From the NCBI GenBank assembly GCA_964016885.1, contig OZ024743.1, positions 6,758,001 through 6,822,000 on the forward strand: a stretch of DNA of 64,000 bases, read 5' to 3'. Each line of letters opens with the position of its first letter. Positions within the stretch are counted from its first letter, which is position 1. A program made the translations under genes and the position numbers. Source of the stretch: Eledone cirrhosa. Lineage: Eukaryota. Of the stretch, positions 47,153 to 57,992 are shown piece by piece. The notes beneath the pieces are model-generated. The model made no database searches, had not been told where the DNA came from, and saw nothing but the letters and a program-made list of their open reading frames with translations.

Positions 47153-50100
47153 CACACACACACTCATATATATACATTAAACTGAGGAATATAATGATGC
47201 TAATTGCACATCATCATTATCATCATACATCAATTTTGCTATACATGCATGGGTTGGATGGGTCTTCTCTAGCACAGCATCTCGCCAGTTATTAGTTCCT
47301 TACCATCTCTTTTGAGAGGTTAAGTCTCTTGAAATCAGCCTTCACCACCTGTTACATCTTACTTGGTTCTCCTTTTTTACAAGTTCCTTCAATTTAGGTT
47401 GCTTGCTACTTCATTATCTAACTATCATCCTTCATATACATCATATATATGCACCAGCACTGTCTTTTCCTTTTAAATCCAGTTTTTCTCTTAGCTTATT
47501 TGTGGTCCATTACTCATGCATTCTAATAATGCACATCCAACAGAATATGCTCACCTAATTTCTTCTACATTCAATGTCCATGTTTGACTACCATACAACT
47601 TCATACTTCTTTCACAAGCATCATGCATTCTGCCCCTCACGCAGAGTGAAGAAACCCAGCAGAGATAACAGCTCTCTGGCCTTTTTCCACCCCATTTTTA
47701 CTCAGGATATAAAAAGAAAACATTACAGTGAAATTCATTTTGAAAGGATACAATCTGCTTCAGTTGTATCTGAAGGTTGAAATTCAGTAAGCCATTTCAT
47801 GACATCAAAATCAGGAACAGAGAGATTCCTCTCAACACATATATGTTGGTACTCATCTTCATAAGCCAAAGGGTTAGAAGTTTTAGATGTTCCAAACGAA
47901 ACAATAGCTATTTCATCTTTACTCTCAGTAAATATCTAAAACATAAACAAGTTCTAAAGAGTAAATAAGAAGAAATACAAAATTAAGTAAAATACTGATA
48001 TTTGTGTACTGACTTTTAATATAACATGTGTAGCTTGGAGATCAGAGAGTCACTCCAGGTAGAGCCACTACTTCTCCGAATAGAGAGATCACAGTTCTGA
48101 TACTATGGGCATGTGGTTAGAATGTCTCAGGAAAGAATTGCTGGACAGATTTTACAGGCAAAGCCAACCTGCAGGAGACCTAGAGCAAGATGGTTGGATA
48201 ACATCCATAAGCTTGGCTGGTCTCACTTGGGGATCCAGCCAGATCAGTTGGAGACGGTTGCTTCTGACAGTACTCACTGGAAGGAGTGTTTGAGGACTCT
48301 GCATCCATGACACTTACATGAATAAGTGGGAGAAGAAGCCTTTTAACATCTTGTATTGCATGAAACTGTATTAGCAATATGACCATACAACATTATAATT
48401 TAAAGTTTTTATTCCAACACTGCAAATTTTCACAGCAATCTGTCCACTAGTAAACATACTATAAAGATTTGTATTAACAAATCATTTTAAATATTTTTTT
48501 GTAAATCATTACAGGATGCATGGAAGTCATTTTAAAACACACGTCACACTGTCTGTGACCTGATTAGGCAGCGGTTAAATTTATTCTTTCATGTAGTAAT
48601 TGTTTTGGTTTCAACACACAATCTCAGATTAAGTCACTTGCTAAACAAGTACAACTCCAATGTTAAGAATTAAAAACTCATACCAACTGGGAAACAATTT
48701 TTAATATTCATAGATTTGGGCTATATCTACTAATTTGTGGTATGTAAATGATAAAATTCTAACACATAAATTCACATAAGAAACTTTCCATTCAGCCATT
48801 TCTTAAAACTGAATGAAAAGTGGTTAACAAATAGTGTCAGATAAGCCTTTTCCTGACCTTTTGTATATTTACTAGGCCTGATAAAATCTTGAGTTTTGTT
48901 AATAATGAAAATATAAAGATAGACATTTAGATTCATTACCATGTCATTCCCCTTTAACTCCTGATGGAATCATAAGGGAACTGTCATGATATACAGTGTG
49001 TCTTGGATATTTAAACATAGCAGTGTCCATCACCCTCTATGTCTGAACTCAGCTGGTTTCTTCCAGACAAATAGAGAATGAGAAAGAGAAAAGTGAGAAA
49101 GAGATATAGAGGAAGAATTGAACTGGTACTTTATCAACCTCAAAAGAATAAAAGATAAAGTTGAACTTGGTGAGATTTGAACTCAGAACACCAGAACAAA
49201 TACCATAAAACATTCTATAATAATGAAATTATTGTGTAAAGTGCTCAAGTGCACTACAACTCGTCAAAGGTGTATGTATAGTACATAGAATAATACACAA
49301 AGGTCAGGGAAGTGAATAGTGTATGAGTCATGGTATACATGTGTGTATGTGTATGGAGGGGGAACATTAGCTGTAGTGTTGCGGATCTCGAGAAGCATGG
49401 AGGTTTTAAAGGATGCAGTGTCTCGACAGCTAACAACTGATGCAGGTAGTTTGTTCCATGCTTCAGCAACTCTGAGCGTGAAAAAATGTTTCCGAAAGTC
49501 ATGGGAACTGTGCTGTTTTCTGACTTTGTGGGCATGTCCACGTGTGTTAGACACATGGAAATCAAAAAGGTACTCAGGGTTGTTGTTGGCAAGATGGTTA
49601 ACAATTTTGTGGGTGTTTACCAAGTCAGTTGCCAGGTGTCGGAGCTTCAATGTATCCATGCCCAGGGAAGCAAGGCGCTCAGAGTATGGTAGATGCCTGA
49701 TGGAGGGTATTCGCTTGGTTGCACGTCTCTGAACAGTTTCCAGGCGGTCAATGTTCTGAGCAAGATAGGGGTTCCAGACTGGTGATGCAAATTCTAAGTG
49801 TGGCCGCACCATAGCCATGTATAGCCTTAAATAGATATCTGGAGAGCGGCTGACAAAGGTCTTGCTGAGTGGTGCTAAGACACCCTCGGCCCTCTTGACA
49901 ATTTTAGAGACGTGCTTCGTCCAACGCAAATCGCTGCTGACCGTAATGCCCAGGTCACGTTCACAATAAGACTTCTTGATATTAGTGCTGTGGAGGGAGT
50001 ATGTGGACGCTGGGTTTTTACTCCCAAAATGCATGGTGGTGCACTTTTCCACAGCTAGCTTGAGTTGCCAGTCTGAGATCCATTGTTGCATTTTGTCCAG

Positions 50101-53100
50101 GTCAGACTGCAAGCAAGATCTATAGTGTTCAGGATCTGTCCTTTTTATCTCAAGGTACAGCTTGATGTCATCTGCGTACTTTAGTACCGTGGTATTCTTT
50201 AAGTTTGCATCGATGTCATTAATATATGCCACAAACAAAAGGGGGCCAAGAACAGATCCCTGTGGTACACCAGATGACATCTCATATGGTGAGGAATGCT
50301 GTCCCAGAACCGTGACTACCTCTCTTCGACTGAGAATGAAGGACTTCAACCAGTTAAAAAGATCATCCTTCACACCCATTGCAGAGAGTTTTACCATAAG
50401 CTTTTTGTGTGGCACAGAATTGAAGGCCTTCGCAAAGTAAGGTAAACAACATCCACCCATGAGCCGCCATCAGTGATCCGGGTGATGTCTTCAAGAAACT
50501 CTATAAGTTGATCACAGCAGCTGGAGTTGGGGATAAATTCAAATTGCAAGGGCCGGATAAGACTGTGAGAGCTTTTAACGACTCTGCCATTTTGCTGAAT
50601 TTTAAAAGCCATTTGATAATGGATGAGGTATAAGGCCTAAACTACCGACCATAAATTCACATCTTACTACTGTGATTGTTTTGTTTTCTTCTCTTGAAGG
50701 CATTTAACATTTGTAGGATATCAGCACAAAATGACAGCTTTTCCCTCTCAACATGACAACCAAATTTACTAGCATTCAACAAACACATCTAAATTTGCTT
50801 TAGTTTGCCTGACTAAGCAAACACTTAATAGCAGAATGGTTAGCATTAGGAAAGGCATCCAGCTGTATAGCAATTGCTCTAACAAATAAGGAATATACTC
50901 ATGCAATTTAAAAAATATTAAAATATATTTGAGTAAAATCACAAATATTTGTAAATTTGTTTGTCTTAATTCATTATGAAAATACATTTTAAAAATAAAA
51001 ATAAATTTAAAAAAATAAAAATAAATTTTAAAAAATTAAATTTAAAATATAAAAAAAAATCAATAGTAACATACTTTGCGATGTACAATTTGCTTGATGA
51101 TCTGCAAAGCTTCAGTCAGAAAGGAACCTTGATTTAAATGGTCATCACACATAAATGGACTAACATCTAAAACAATAATAATGGCTTCCTGCAACAAAAG
51201 GATATGAATTTAAAATAAATATATCACAGTGCAACATGTGACAAACAAGTATTGATAAAATAAGCAACAATATTCCTTGATTTTGAGATTCAAAAGGCCC
51301 AGAAATATATTGGAAATTATTTTAGACAAAGGGGATTGTGTTTTAGAGTACATTAGTCAAAATATTTTTGCACTACAATTTTCCATTACACACAAATTCT
51401 AAATTTTAATATTATATAGATGTTTCCCTTTCATACAGTATTGTACTCTTCTTATATTCAGTGTTTCATACCAAGTAGCATGAACAGAGGTTAATACATA
51501 AAGTGTTCAACTAGACAGGTTCAAAAGTAAAAACAATAAGTGTAGTAGTGGCATAAAATAGCAATGAGTAGTTGAACATTTTTGAAAAATTTCAGACAAA
51601 ATAGGGTTGGAGGTGTGAAAGTTAACCTAGAGATGGAACTGGTTGAAAGACCATCAAAAAGGTTCTTTTGAGTAATAACTTAGGAACTGAATGTGTAAAC
51701 ACTATTGATGTGGAACAGCCAATAAAGTCTCTATATTCTTTTAATCATATATCCTTGACTTGACAGTATATTGGTCAGTACATGACAAATGTGTTCCTCC
51801 AATTGAGTAAGAGTTTTTGGTTTTGCACAATAAACCTCTTCCTTCACCCACCGCAACAGGAAAAACATTGCATACCATAAATTCAGGGCTTCTTGCTGAT
51901 CATTCATATGGACTCGATGACCCAGCAAATGTCCTGGGAATTAGACATCAAGCCACTCATGGACAGTACATGCAAAATGAGGAAAAGCTTATCTTACATG
52001 AATACGAAATCATTGATGTTGTCCTAAGTGGTCAGAGTAGGCCAAAAGTTATAAATAATTTTCAATAGGGGGTTTCTTTCCAGCAATCACGTATACACAC
52101 ACACATATATATATATATATATACATATATCATCATCATCTACAATTATGCATTGCCCAGGGGGTATCTGAAGGGGAAATAGATGCTTTTGTTCATTCAT
52201 CCCACATATTTTGTTTTTGTTGTGTGCAATATATACATAGATATAGATATATCATTTTACATCCCTTGTTCCATACATGCATGGGTTGGATGGGTCTTTT
52301 TCACCACAGCATCTCTCCACTGATTGTGTTCCTTCGGCATCTGTGAGCTTCAGTAATTTCAGCTCAGGTCAGCTCTCACTACCTCTACCTAGGCCTTCCT
52401 TTTCTGCAGCTTCCTTCTACTGGGATTTCTTGGCATTTCTTCACCCAACAATCATCATCTATGTGCATCAGATGTCTATACCATCGGATTCTTTATATGT
52501 GTACCTTGAATTCCTCAATAAACTCATTTCCTATTCTCACAGCTCCCCTGAACATTGCTTGCACTGCTCTCACAAGACATTCTTCTACACCTAGTTTCCT
52601 TAAAGACCACAAGATGACAGGATACTCTGTCAAAGGCTTTCTCTAGATCAACAAAGCTAAATATAAAGGCTTATTCTTAGCTAAAAACTTCTCTTGTAGC
52701 TGTCTCCCTAAAAAGAGGGCATCCGAGGTGTCCCTCCCTGGCATAAAACCGAACTGCATCTCATCTAATTTGACTCTTTCTCTAATTAGTTATGCTAGAA
52801 CTTTTTCTGTCACTTTCATAACTTGGTCCGTTAGTGTTATTCCTTTGTAGTTGCTCCTTTCTAAAGCAGCACCTTTTCCCTTGTAGCAATTAATGATTAT
52901 GCTGCTGCACCAGTTATTGGGTACACTGTCATTCGACCTGCTAGAATTAGCGACCAAATTTCCCTCATCGCACAAGTAACATCTTAAATAAAGACAAATG
53001 GACCTGATAATAATTAAAAGTTATGACACAGCTGAAACATAAAATTATAGATAAATAAAAATTGAAACTTTATTCGAATAGACTATGTAGCCGGTAAACA

Positions 53101-54430
53101 CTAAAGGGGCACAACAGACATCGCTATAGCGTTTCACCAGCACCATCCTTCTGTTGTCTGTATCTGTATTTACGTGTATATGTGTGTATATGTAACTAAA
53201 GCGTAACGTACGTTACGAATGGACGACTAAATGATTTTAACTTGTTTTTTAACAATTGATGGTGGAAAAGATTTCAAATTGTCTTAACTCGGGCTGTAAC
53301 TCAGTGTCTGACATTCTTGCTGTCTATATAGCCTCTTCCAACTTTATCTGTAGAAGTGTGCTCTATACAGATAAAAAGAAAACACGGAGGGCCAGACGAC
53401 AACGATAAGCAACTGTGTTAAAGGGAAAAAAGTCTGTCTGGCCGTACAATAGAAGCGCCAATGATATTATAGAAAAGTTGAATTTCGATTTAAGTGGAAA
53501 ATAATTATTTTTCCTCGCTTTTTTTCGTGTGTTATTCTGACCTCCGAACATTCCCGGAAAACGGAGTTAGGAGAGTCTTTCACCGCGATCCCGGAGTTTT
53601 CTTTACCTTTCTTTTTTCAAAAACAAAAGAAACATTAATTCCCGCGAAAAACCGAGAGGAGTGTTCTATAAATTTACCGAAGCGTCAAATATAAATCGGA
53701 AACCAATATACACTGTCATTAATACACTGGGTAATTGCTGGCCTTGTGCCAAAAGTAGAAACAATTATAACGTGTTATTGTTTTTATTTAAGTTTTATTT
53801 TTTAACGGAGCTCTTTCTTAAGTGGTAAACGACGAAAGCTCACCTATTTTCTTTAGGTTTATTTATTCATTATTTACCGTAGTGAAACTAAACTTAAAAC
53901 AATAACAAAAGAGCCACAGTGGCTATCAATAATTGAAAGGAACTTTGGATGTGAAAAAATGAAATAATATTACTAACAAGTGGGAATTATCATTATAGTA
54001 ATAAAATGATGAGAACAGTAGAATGCTTGCTAATAACAGTTAATATAGTTTATGTAAACAAACAAAAACTACGATTCGAACTTGAATATTACCAGCTCTA
54101 AGTGTTAACTTTTTGTTTCGAAAATGGGTGTACATAAATGTGTATATATATATACAACACAGATTAGTAATAAATGAATTACTCGGAAATGTGTGAAAAT
54201 ACATTATAGCTATAAAATCACACACACAATGTGAATGTGTGAAGTTTCAACAAGTTTTGCTCAATAACAGCCAGTTGAAATTCATCTACAACGAATTTCA
54301 TACATGATAAGAATGTGTATAAGAATGTAATCGCCTTACTTTGAATTTAGCTGTATTTTAACCATGAGAAACTACAATTACTATAGATTGTCGTCTTTAT
54401 TTAATTCATACATACCTTGTTGTACGCCAT
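26074..54430 (-). CDS. XRCC5: Ku80 / X-ray repair cross-complementing protein 5 (spliced, at least 18 coding exons, ~590-605 aa)
   Basis: Manual splicing gives MAYNK-EAIIIVLDVSPFM (vWA start), KDEIAIVSFGT..NPL..YQHI, ADFIDALIVAMD, WKCTLDIGSNISI, YYYGSTLVP, CFKVLGFT, ALVNAL..AIVRRVY, ELPFFEDV, NPTLERFYQC and a C-terminal SADDLLDEM, all matching Ku80 motifs. Phases are consistent through 16 exons; one phase gap remains between 30123 and 26676. Confidence 0.96.
26567..26676 (-). CDS. XRCC5: Ku80 penultimate exon
   Basis: KTELLDTENAEKTGDDQSEHVTKLNDAMKETSADDL|gtgagt (phase 1 entry); ends like vertebrate DVDDL|. Confidence 0.8.
29312..29494 (+). mobile_element. SINE family A with TSD attatttggactatcatg
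   Basis: Box A/B, core, and a direct repeat on both flanks. Confidence 0.9.
29876..30065 (-). mobile_element. SINE family A
   Basis: Reverse complement of the full consensus; acagtgataat on both flanks. Confidence 0.9.
30123..30186 (-). CDS. XRCC5: Ku80 exon 16 (linker)
   Basis: LDMDSFLKASEKKGTLTSTDE; acceptor ttattgtag, donor GAG|gtaag; phase 2 in, 0 out. Confidence 0.75.
30984..31171 (-). CDS. XRCC5: Ku80 exon 15
   Basis: CFEQRVLEPTKPIPDLP...IKENFKLENVKPDKTKKTGEKLFDN. Confidence 0.92.
31489..31561 (-). CDS. XRCC5: Ku80 exon 14
   Basis: DNEEKHNLLEPKYTSNPTLERFYQ. Confidence 0.92.
33066..33114 (-). CDS. XRCC5: Ku80 exon 13
   Basis: DAQMEAMDNLIDTMTF; donor gtgagt. Confidence 0.92.
33418..33523 (-). 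CDS. XRCC5: Ku80 exon 12
   Basis: CMIYYELPFFEDVLNYEFDSLPVDGISAPKKFKPT. Confidence 0.95.
33867..34295 (+). mobile_element. tRNA-derived SINE family B with RTE-type 3' tail ending in (GAT)n
   Basis: Head GGCGCATGGCTTAGTGGTTA...GAGTTCAATTC; core CCTTGAGCAAGACACTTTATTTCACATTGCTC; body GTTAGGAAGGG.ATCCAGCTGTAGAAA; tail shared with RTE LINE ends. Confidence 0.85.
35023..35160 (-). CDS. XRCC5: Ku80 exon 11
   Basis: VISVAFSALVNALFETDLIAIVRRVYDARSGPRIGCLKPHIKNDYE; 138 nt. Confidence 0.95.
35342..35788. mobile_element. piggyBac-like TTAA MITE containing a nested second TTAA MITE (35490-35710)
   Basis: TTAA-CCCTTT...AAAGGG-TTAA ends. Related copies at 36642-36892, 36975-37216, 38429-38635, 43539-43767, 44837-45083 and 63560-63773. 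Confidence 0.75.
37285..38147 (+). mobile_element. Second copy of the RTE-fragment/SINE-tail composite
   Basis: ORF 37299-37763 is nearly identical to 17044-17475, with the same downstream spacer and tail. Confidence 0.9.
38317..38379 (-). CDS. XRCC5: Ku80 exon 10
   Basis: APVYSYMADNTMYVTSEPNNQ; 63 nt, phase 0/0. Confidence 0.9.
39244..39344 (-). CDS. XRCC5: Ku80 exon 9
   Basis: AYYYGSTLVPVSEDGEKYKCTKCFKVLGFTAKEN. Confidence 0.95.
39430..39602 (+). mobile_element. SINE family A (further copies at ~38710-38895, 39967-40144, 54730-54903)
   Basis: Same head, core and tail. Confidence 0.85.
39745..39880 (-). CDS. XRCC5: Ku80 exon 8
   Basis: LKSYKISQSWKKVYANDPATLFKESRTLHLNDENETEIDYTETVQ. Confidence 0.93.
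40924..41038 (-). CDS. XRCC5: Ku80 exon 7
   Basis: ESLSKPGIFTKHNSKATAWKCTLDIGSNISIPICGYIK; 115 nt. Confidence 0.95.
41839..42015. mobile_element. Mariner-type MITE / internal deletion derivative
   Basis: ~30-bp TIR gagggcaatcccaaaagtaaggtctccttc and its reverse complement, with TA flanks. Confidence 0.85.
42344..42457 (-). CDS. XRCC5: Ku80 exon 6
   Basis: SPKCIGDGNDVQSEQHKKAEEVIKQIYTMVDGHHYSF; donor gtgagt; AAG acceptor, so the upstream boundary is less certain. Confidence 0.8.
42515..43077 (+). mobile_element. RTE-clade LINE, 5'-truncated and frameshifted
   Basis: RLRWYGHVMRM..WVKKC..RGRGRPRKTW; canonical end with (GAT)n. Degenerate relatives at ~22030-22420, 47230-47700, 52270-52490, 52690-52975 and 59620-59910. 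Confidence 0.88.
43909..44331 (+). mobile_element. Two head-to-tail SINE family A copies (43909-44090, 44111-44331)
   Basis: Each has box A/B and the core; separated and flanked by ttattataat(t/g)gtcac. Confidence 0.9.
44643..44768 (-). CDS. XRCC5: Ku80 exon 5
   Basis: ESKTGFKHRHIILLSSLMCSFVDDQIDNIMSSMKKQGIVFNM; phases 2/2. Confidence 0.92.
45590..45692. mobile_element. hAT (Charlie-like) MITE
   Basis: TIR gcggttaccaacc / ggttggtaaccgc; 8-bp TSD ggctaaa(t/c). Confidence 0.8.
45791..45839 (-). CDS. XRCC5: Ku80 exon 4
   Basis: FIDALIVAMDHLQTNL; 49 nt. Confidence 0.95.
45840..47751 (-). other. U12-type (minor spliceosome) GT-AG intron, Ku80 intron 3
   Basis: 5' site GTATCCTTT at 47751-47743; branch TCCTTGAC at 45856-45849, ending 9 nt from the intron end; no polypyrimidine tract. 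Confidence 0.9.
46120..47110 (-). mobile_element. Penelope-like element 3' fragment with GIY-YIG endonuclease
   Basis: NCKTRNVVYSIIC..C...YIGETARSIGERINEH..SVLYQH in ORF 46660-47163; its downstream terminal repeat recurs at ~19930, 20110-20250 and 34670-34740. Confidence 0.85.
47752..47935 (-). CDS. XRCC5: Ku80 exon 3
   Basis: IFTESKDEIAIVSFGTSKTSNPLAYEDEYQHICVERNLSVPDFD...EAD; 184 nt; followed by GTATCCTTT donor. Confidence 0.95.
49220..50575 (-). mobile_element. CR1-type LINE, shorter copy with a frameshift near 50440
   Basis: Same RT motifs as 55924-57441. 3' fragments also at 36125-36570, 55220-55270 and 62690-63220. Confidence 0.93.
51075..51188 (-). CDS. XRCC5: Ku80 exon 2
   Basis: EAIIIVLDVSPFMCDDHLNQGSFLTEALQIIKQIVHRK; ag/gt flanks, 114 nt. 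Confidence 0.95.
51740..52000 (-). pseudogene. Tc1/mariner-superfamily transposase C-terminal remnant
   Basis: SARSPEF (cf. WPARSPDL) and FFLLRWVKEEVYCAKPKTLTQLEEHI (cf. FFLWG.LK..VY..P.TL..L). Confidence 0.7.
54416..54430 (-). CDS. XRCC5: Ku80 exon 1 (MAYNK)
   Basis: ATG GCG TAC AAC AAG|gtatg, phase 0; parallels the short NK-ending first exon of vertebrate Ku80. Confidence 0.8.
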
Positions 54431-55641
54431 CCTGAAAACTATATATATGAATGAAGAGTTTAAATAGTTTCCGGTTTTAGAAATTGCACCGGGTAAGGAT
54501 ATTAATAGAGTAGACTGGTTTAAACATGCACATCAGTAATCAATATATGGATTCTTTATTGATAAACACAATGTCTATATCGAGTATTGCATCAATGCCC
54601 AGATTAGTAAGTTCGCTACGTAACCACGTGATCTTGGATTCTATCACACATTAGACAAGTGGGCGGAAATGAATAGAGTTCGCTTCGCAATCATTGAGTC
54701 CCTGGTTCGATCCCACTGCTTGTAGAACGTCAACCGCCATGCTTTGCAGCATATAGTTATGGCCCTTTACGTTCTGAGTTCAAATCCCGCCAAGGTTAAC
54801 TTTGCCTTTCATCCTTACGGGTAAAATAAGCACTGGAGTCGATTTAATCGATTTTCCCCTCTCCCCCAAAGAATTGCTGGCCTTGTGTTCAAAAGTAGAA
54901 ACCATTATATATATGTATATTTACATACATATATCTATATAAGAATAGGCTACGTAGCCGATCCCGGCAAAATAGACAAACATACTTTTCAAGTTTATTT
55001 TACTGGTAAACCCTAAAGGGACGCAACTCTAGCTGGGGTCCCAGAAGCTTATTTTACCACTAAATACAGGTTGTGACTCCCTGCTAAAATTCTTTATTTC
55101 GAAAATATTTGGCTCTGCTTAAATTCTTCAGCCATGGAACTCAGTAGATGTGTGTATTTATAACTAAAGCTTAACGTACATTACGAATGGACAAAACACA
55201 TGCATAATTATAAGATGATGACTAATTTTAGTGCACCTGAGCACTGTATACAATAATTTCATTATTATATTATTTTTAAATGGTTTTAACTTGTTTTTTA
55301 ACAAGGTGGAAAAGATTTCAAATTGTCTTAACTCGGGCCGCAACTCATGGTGTCTGGCACTCTTACCGTCTAAATAGCCTGAGAGTCTATTTTACCGGGA
55401 CTGGCTACTCCCTAGGCCCATTCACCTCCCCATTCTTCTGTGACACTTGTGCCCTTGCCTTTCCCTTCCTTTTCGTTTTTTTTTTATATTTTCTTATTTT
55501 ACATTCCATTCTTTCTTCTCAATTTATTTATTTATTTTATTTTATATATATATATTTATATATATATTATTCAGAATATTAATAAATGAAGACATTCACA
55601 TAATCAAAATATGTTTTATTATATATAATAATAATAATAAT

Positions 55642-57590
55642 AATAATGAAATTATTGTGTACAGTGCTCAGATGCACTACAACTCATCAAAGGTGCATGT
55701 ATAGTACATAGAATAATGTACAAATGTCAGGAAAATGAACAGTGTATGAGTCATGATATAATAATAATAAAAATAATGAAATATTGTGTTCAGTGCCCAG
55801 GTGCACCACAACTCATCAAAAAAGTCACATGTACAGTACATAGGGCAATGCACAAACATCAGTAAAATTAACAGTGCACGAGTCATGATACACACATGTG
55901 TGCATGTGTATGGAAGGGGTACATCAGGTGTAGTTTTGGCGTATTTCGGGAAGCATGAGTGTCTTAAAGGATGCAGTGTCTCGGCAGCTAACAACTGACG
56001 CAGGCAGTTTGTTCCATGCTTCAGCAACTCTGAGCGTGAAAAAATGTCTACGAAAGTCATGGGAGCTGTGCTGTTTTCTGATCTTGTAGGCATGTCCACG
56101 TGTGTTAGACACATGGAGATCAAAGAGGCGCTCAGGGTTGCAATTGGCGAGATGGTTAAAAACTTTGTGGGTATTCACCAAGTCCATTGTCAGATGTCGG
56201 AGCTTCAATGAATCCATGCCCAGGGAAGCAAGGCGTTCAGAGTATGGTAGGTGTCTGATGGAGGGTATGCGCTTGGTTGCACGTCTCTGAACAGTTTCCA
56301 GGTCAATGTTCTGAGCAAGATAGGGGTTCCAGACTGATGATGCGAATTCCAAGTGTGGTCGTACCATAGCTGTATACAGTTTTAAATAGATGGCTGGAGA
56401 GCGGCTAACAAAGGTCTTGCTGAGTGATGCCAAGACACCCTCGGCCTTCTTGACAATCTTAGAGACATGCTTTGTCCAACGCAAATCGTTGCTGACAGTA
56501 ATGCCCAGGTCACGTTCACAAGAGGACTTTTTGATATCAGTGTTGTGGAGGGAGTATGTGGACGCTGGATTTTTCCTTCCAAAATGCATGGTGGTACACT
56601 TGTCCACAGCCAGCTTCAGTTGCCAGTCTGTGATCCATTGCTGCATTGTGTCCAAGTCTGATTGTAGGAAAGAGTTGTAAATTTCAGGATCAGTCCTTTT
56701 GATTTCAAGGTACAGCTTGATGTCATCTGCATATTTCAGTACCGTGGTATTCTGTAAGTTGGCATCTATGTCATTAATATATGCCACAAACAAAAGAGGA
56801 CCAAGAACAGATCCCTGTGGTACACCAGATGACATCTCATATGGTGAAGAATGCTGTCCTAGAACCGTGACTACTTCTTTTCGGCTGAGAATGAAGGATT
56901 TCAACCAGTCGAAAAGATCATCTCTCACACCCATTGCAGAGAGTTTTGCCATAAGTCTTTTGTGTGGCACAGAATTAAAAGCCTTAGCAAAGTCAAGGTA
57001 AACAACATCCACCCATGAGCCGCTGTCAGTGATCCGGGTGATGTCCTCAAGGAACTCGATAAGCTGATCACAGCAGCTGGAGTTAGGGATAAATCCAAAC
57101 TGTGAGGGCCGGATGAGGCTGTGAGAGCTCCAGAAGTTCCAAAGTGTTTCTCTGACACAGGATTCCATCAGTTTGGCCATACAGCTAGTAAGACTGACTG
57201 GACGATAGTTGACAGGTGACATGCGGTTGCCCTTTTTGAACAGGGGAATCACACTGGCAGTTTTCCACTGCTCCGGAGTAGCACCATTGTTGAGAGAGTA
57301 TTGAAAGAAGAAAGAAAGCTGGCGCAAAAGGAAATACCCGCCACGTTTGAGAAGCAGGTATGTCACACCATCAAGACCAGGGGAGGCATAGTTGCGCTTA
57401 TTCTTAAGGTGACGTCGCAACATTGCAGGTGTAAATTCCATAGTTGTTATGGAATTTGATGTTAGAGATGGTGGAGATGGTACATTCTGGTTTTCAACAG
57501 TAAAAATACTTGCATAGCACTCAGCAATGAGTTCTGCGCATTCCTTGGGATCGTCAGTGATCTGGCTTGTGTGGGGATTGCGAAGGTACT
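55642..57590 (-). mobile_element. CR1-type LINE, 5'-truncated, with an open RT frame (ORF 55924-57441)
   Basis: SPGLDG, PLFKKG..NYRPVSLT, QFGF, YLDFAKAF, GVPQGSVLGPLLF, YADD, VRPHLEFA, TRGH; 3'UTR ends in (TAT)n. Confidence 0.95.
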
Positions 57591-57679
57591 GTGCCGTTTT
57601 TTCAGTACGTCTTCGTCAGATAAAATACATATTCCTACCATATACTGTACCGATTGTGTTGTTATTTCTGTTTACCTTT

Positions 57680-57726
<47 letters not shown>

Positions 57727-57764
57727 AAAAAATTACCGCTCTACATGGCTGAATACAATAAATG

Positions 57765-57992
57765 TAATCTGAGTTTTTCAAATATTAATAATAATATTCG
57801 ATTCGTTTGCAATTAAAGCCATTTCAGTAGAATGAGCCTCTCATTCTTGCTCTTGTGTTGGCATGTAAACAGAACTCAACACAAGAGCAAGAATGAGGGG
57901 CTCAATCTACTGACATGGGTTTAAAAAAGATGCTGTTTGCATAATTGCAAACGAATCGAATATTATTATTAATATTCAAAAAACTCAGATTA
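57765..57992. repeat. Fold-back element, ~95-bp arms, 16-nt spacer
   Basis: taatctgagttttt...cattcttgctcttgtgttg / caacacaagagcaagaatg...aaaaactcagatta. Confidence 0.9.

Noticed and set aside
54340-54365. Alternative Ku80 first exon MVKIQLNS with gtaag donor
   Set aside because: It ends in phase 2, incompatible with phase-0 exon 2; MAYNK fits both phase and homology.
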